Below are positions 60,804 through 64,000 of a stretch of 64,000 nucleotides of DNA, one piece after another. Source of the DNA: Poseidonia sp. (GTDB lineage: Archaea > Thermoplasmatota > Poseidoniia > Poseidoniales > Poseidoniaceae); NCBI GenBank assembly GCA_965661285.1, contig CBFIDD010000001.1, positions 404,852 through 468,851 of the forward strand. Direction: 5' to 3'. Every line of letters begins with the position of its first letter. The stretch's first letter is position 1. The notes under the pieces were generated by a model. That model saw only the letters and a list, made by a program, of their open reading frames with translations. It did not search any database and was not told where the DNA came from. Made by a program: the position numbers and the translations under genes.

Positions 60804-62312
60804 ATGAACATCAAGGTCCTCGTTGCAAACCGTGGAGAAATCGCTTGTCGAATTCTTCGCGCATGCAGGGAAGCAGGCCACCCCACCGTCGCCGTGTGCG
60901 CCCCCAACGATGAAGGGACCATGTTTACCGAAATGGCTGACGAGGTGGTGGTGCTCAACGGCGAAACCATCGGCGAGACATACCTCGATCAGGAACAGAT
61001 TATTCAAGCCGCTTCATCAACGGGAGCGACGGCGATTCACCCCGGATTTGGCTTTCTCTCCGAGCGGGCCGATTTTGCTCGAGCGGTCAAGGCTGCCGGG
61101 CTGGTATGGGTCGGCCCGTCTGCCGGAGCCATCGAAAAGATGGGCGACAAAATGACCGCCCGTCAAACGATGCGGGCCGCTGGCGTTCCCGTGATTCCCG
61201 GCGAAGAGGTCGAAGAAGAGGATGAGCAAGCCGCCATTGAAGCGCTGCGCCAAGCCTCGACAAGGGTCGGCTACCCGCTCCTGTTGAAAGCCTCCAGCGG
61301 TGGCGGCGGCAAGGGAATGCGAGCGGTTCACGACCCCGCTGATTTTGACCAGGCCGCTACGGGCGCTCGTCGCGAAGCCGTGGCCGCCTTCGGCGACGGG
61401 CGGATTTACATCGAACGCTTGCTATCGGGCTCAAAACACATTGAAATCCAAGTGCTCGCCGACGGCCACGGGCGTACGATTCATCTTGGCGAGCGTGAAT
61501 GCAGCGTGCAACGGCGCCACCAGAAAGTGTTCGAAGAAGCACCGGGACCCACCATGGACCCCGAACTGCGCGAGGCGATGGGACAGGCTGCCGTGGCAGC
61601 GGCTGAAGCGGTGGATTACGTCGGTGCGGGGACCGTCGAATTTCTTCTTGCGCCCTCCGGCGAGTTCTTTTTCCTCGAGATGAACACCCGAATCCAAGTT
61701 GAGCACCCGGTTACGGAACTGGTCACCGGCGTGGACATCGTACGAGAACAACTCCGCATTGCTGGCGGAGCGCCCATGTCCTGCGGACCGTTGATGCTTC
61801 GCGGACACGCAATTGAGGTTCGGCTGTACGCCGAGGACGCCGCCAACGGGTTCCTCCCCTCCATTGGCCCGCTCGCCTTGTTTCGACCGCCCGAGGGGCC
61901 CGGTATTCGACTTGACACCGGTGTTCGCGAAGGGGACGAGGTGACACCGAATTACGACCCGATGCTTGCGAAACTCATCGTTTGGGCCCCTTCACGGCCA
62001 GAAGCCTTGCAGAAAATGCGACGGGCACTGGATGAATTTGTCGTGCTTGGCACCACCACCAACATCGAGTTCCTTCGCGACCTCTGCGATGTTGGCCCAG
62101 TTGTCGACGGCTCAACCACCACGACCACCATCGACGACCTGTGGCCGGACGGATGGAATCCACCAACAGCACCGATGCTGGAAGAGGCCTCCCTGCTGGC
62201 GGCGGCCAGCGCGGAAACGCTCGGACTCCATCGCCGAATCGCTGCTGGCTCATCCGGCGAGAGCAACGAGCCGGCCAATCCGTTCACCACCATTCAGAGG
62301 AGGTTTCCCTGA
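60804..62312 (+). CDS. mccA: Biotin carboxylase subunit (MCC alpha, N-terminal part)
   Basis: ANRGEIA, HPGFGFLSE, GGGGKGMR, ERECSVQRRHQK, EMNTRIQVEHPVTE. Confidence 0.92.
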   Translation: MNIKVLVANRGEIACRILRACREAGHPTVAVCAPNDEGTMFTEMADEVVVLNGETIGETYLDQEQIIQAASSTGATAIHPGFGFLSERADFARAVKAAGLVWVGPSAGAIEKMGDKMTARQTMRAAGVPVIPGEEVEEEDEQAAIEALRQASTRVGYPLLLKASSGGGGKGMRAVHDPADFDQAATGARREAVAAFGDGRIYIERLLSGSKHIEIQVLADGHGRTIHLGERECSVQRRHQKVFEEAPGPTMDPELREAMGQAAVAAAEAVDYVGAGTVEFLLAPSGEFFFLEMNTRIQVEHPVTELVTGVDIVREQLRIAGGAPMSCGPLMLRGHAIEVRLYAEDAANGFLPSIGPLALFRPPEGPGIRLDTGVREGDEVTPNYDPMLAKLIVWAPSRPEALQKMRRALDEFVVLGTTTNIEFLRDLCDVGPVVDGSTTTTTIDDLWPDGWNPPTAPMLEEASLLAAASAETLGLHRRIAAGSSGESNEPANPFTTIQRRFP

Positions 62313-62770
62313 TGCAACACACCTTCGCATCCAAAGAAGGGCCCTTGGAGGTGACGCTGGCTCGCAACGGCGAGGCGTTTGTGTTGGAGGGCCACGAGCT
62401 CACGGTCCACAACAGAGGCCGATTGCACGTTCGGTTGCGAGATGGACGGGTTTGTTTGGCGCACGTTGCCAAGGTGGGCGATGTTTGGTGGATCCACCTT
62501 GACGGGCGCACGTATCGCTGGGAGCGTATCGAGGCCGGCTCCTCGAGTGCTGAGGATGAAGGCGGACTGGTGGCGCCCATGCCCGGCAAAGTTCTCGAAG
62601 TCCTCGTCAACGAAGGCGATGCTGTTGAAGCAGGGACGCCCTTGATGGTGCTGGAGGCCATGAAAATGGAGCATCGCATCGTTGCTGCGTCCGAAGGAAC
62701 CGTCACCTCGGTTCATTTTGCTGCTGGCGACCAGGTCGCCCAAGGCGCTGTGTTGTTGGAATTGGATTAG
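62312..62770 (+). CDS. Biotin carboxyl carrier protein (BT-like + biotinyl domain)
   Basis: APMPGKV, EAMKM; ATG overlaps the preceding stop (TGATG). Confidence 0.9.
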   Translation: MQHTFASKEGPLEVTLARNGEAFVLEGHELTVHNRGRLHVRLRDGRVCLAHVAKVGDVWWIHLDGRTYRWERIEAGSSSAEDEGGLVAPMPGKVLEVLVNEGDAVEAGTPLMVLEAMKMEHRIVAASEGTVTSVHFAAGDQVAQGAVLLELD

Positions 62771-62905
62771 ACACGCCATGCCTGCATAATTTTCCAATTG
62801 GAAAATTGATTTTTCAATTCGTAATTTTCATGCCGTATTTCCGAAGAAATGAACGCTCTTTCGCCTTCGAAAATTGGCTCTGCCGACCTACAAGAAAACG
62901 GACGG

Positions 62906-62913
62906 TTATAAAG
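62906..62913 (+). promoter_or_regulatory. TATA-box-like element upstream of the MMPL gene
   Basis: TTATAAAG ending 20 nt before the ATG at 62934. Confidence 0.5.
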
Positions 62914-62933
62914 CAAAAGAATGTGCAAAAATC

Positions 62934-64000
62934 ATGCGAAATCCTTTCATGATGCTCACAGACTGGAGCGTTGACCGACCAAAGCAAGCTTTCACAGCCG
63001 TGTTTCTCGTGATGGTGTTCCTGGCCTCCGGCGGGATGCACCTTCAATTTGACAACAGCGAGGACGGGTTCTTCCCCGACGACCCGAGCGTCGACCTGCT
63101 CGACGAGGTGGAAAGCGAGTACCGTGCGAACCTCGACTTTATTCGGGTGCTTGACGAAATCGAGGCCGAGGACTTGTTGCTGGCCGAGACGTGGCACCAG
63201 TTGGCCGCTATCGAGGCCATGATGCTCAACGATTCCAATTTCGAGCCGTACCACTACCCCTTGTTTGGCACACAAGCCAACAACGGGCCTGCGGGTCAGG
63301 CCATGCAGTGGATGGCCCTGCAAGACAAAACGACGGCCGGGCTGTGGCTGGATGATGTCCAGAGCGCTGCCCTTGAGGTGCTCACTGCCGATGATGACAA
63401 CTTGACCGGGGCGCTGGCCAACCTTTCGCTGGCAGCCTCGCACATCCCTCCCGTTGAGCCGGTCAGCCCCGATCGCTTGCTGGCATGGGACGCTGACGAG
63501 CCCGCAGCCTGGTTGGCCCGCATGGACAGCGGCGAAAACCTGAGCGGCGATTTGGGCCAACTCATGGCCCATCTTTCGAGCATGACAGTCAACAGAACTC
63601 CCGCGCAGGCGGGCCAGATATCGGCGGTCACCGGCCCACTCCAAGGCCAACTTGGCCCTCTGATGGGGCTGCAAGGTGTTGACTTCCGAGCCGCCATTCT
63701 CTCCTGCCTTCCCACCGAGGACGCCAACGACCCTTGGGTGTCGGACGGACCGGTGATGGTGACGCTGGTGGTCTCGAGCGAACCCTTGGACTACGGATAC
63801 GACGTTCTGGGAGATGTTCAAGCCGACCTGACGGCATGGGCGGAAGCCATGGAACTCGAGGTGGTTGCGGCAACCAACGACAGCGAGATTCGAACCTTCT
63901 CCTTCGCGCAGTTTGCGGAAAACTCCAGCGCCACGATTGGAAAGGAGATCGGCATGCTCACAAGCGCCGCCATGCTCTTGCTGGGCATCATCCTGTGGTT
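62934..64000 (+). CDS. MMPL/RND family transporter (3' truncated by window edge; absent from the ORF track)
   Basis: Open frame MRNPFMMLTDWSVDRPK-TM-LQFDNSEDGFFPDDP...KEIGMLTSAAMLLLGIILW. Confidence 0.8.
   Translation, partial: MRNPFMMLTDWSVDRPKQAFTAVFLVMVFLASGGMHLQFDNSEDGFFPDDPSVDLLDEVESEYRANLDFIRVLDEIEAEDLLLAETWHQLAAIEAMMLNDSNFEPYHYPLFGTQANNGPAGQAMQWMALQDKTTAGLWLDDVQSAALEVLTADDDNLTGALANLSLAASHIPPVEPVSPDRLLAWDADEPAAWLARMDSGENLSGDLGQLMAHLSSMTVNRTPAQAGQISAVTGPLQGQLGPLMGLQGVDFRAAILSCLPTEDANDPWVSDGPVMVTLVVSSEPLDYGYDVLGDVQADLTAWAEAMELEVVAATNDSEIRTFSFAQFAENSSATIGKEIGMLTSAAMLLLGIILW

Overview
Gene-dense, GC-rich archaeal chromosomal core region. Gene content (rpl7ae-rps28e-rpl24e-ndk-aIF5B cluster, deoxyhypusine synthase, geranylgeranyl reductase, large Asp-rich surface proteins, bacterial-like SDH/UvrB/MCC genes) is most consistent with Marine Group II Euryarchaeota (Ca. 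Poseidoniales); the taxonomy is an inference. It carries TCA/energy genes (sdhAB, acnA, korAB), translation genes, tRNA-Ile(GAU), ParA, MoxR, a P1B ATPase, quinone/lipid genes, CcmF, a leucine-degradation cluster and a truncated MMPL transporter. No mobile element or CRISPR array was seen. The strongest unexplained signal is a family of AT-rich palindromic DNA sites (core TTTCCAATTGGAAA, extended consensus TCAATTTTCCAATTGGAAAATTGA). They are dispersed over 43.2-62.8 kb, four lie inside coding sequences, and they start at an AT-rich origin-like gap about 6.5 kb from a ParA + ribbon-helix-helix gene pair. This is a candidate centromere-like or origin-organising system. Other notable items: a Gar1-like protein fused to RG-rich repeats and two RanBP2-type zinc fingers (FET-like), a zinc-finger insertion in aIF5B, a candidate structured ncRNA, a non-canonical TTCATGA promoter box and an L7Ae autoregulatory k-turn.
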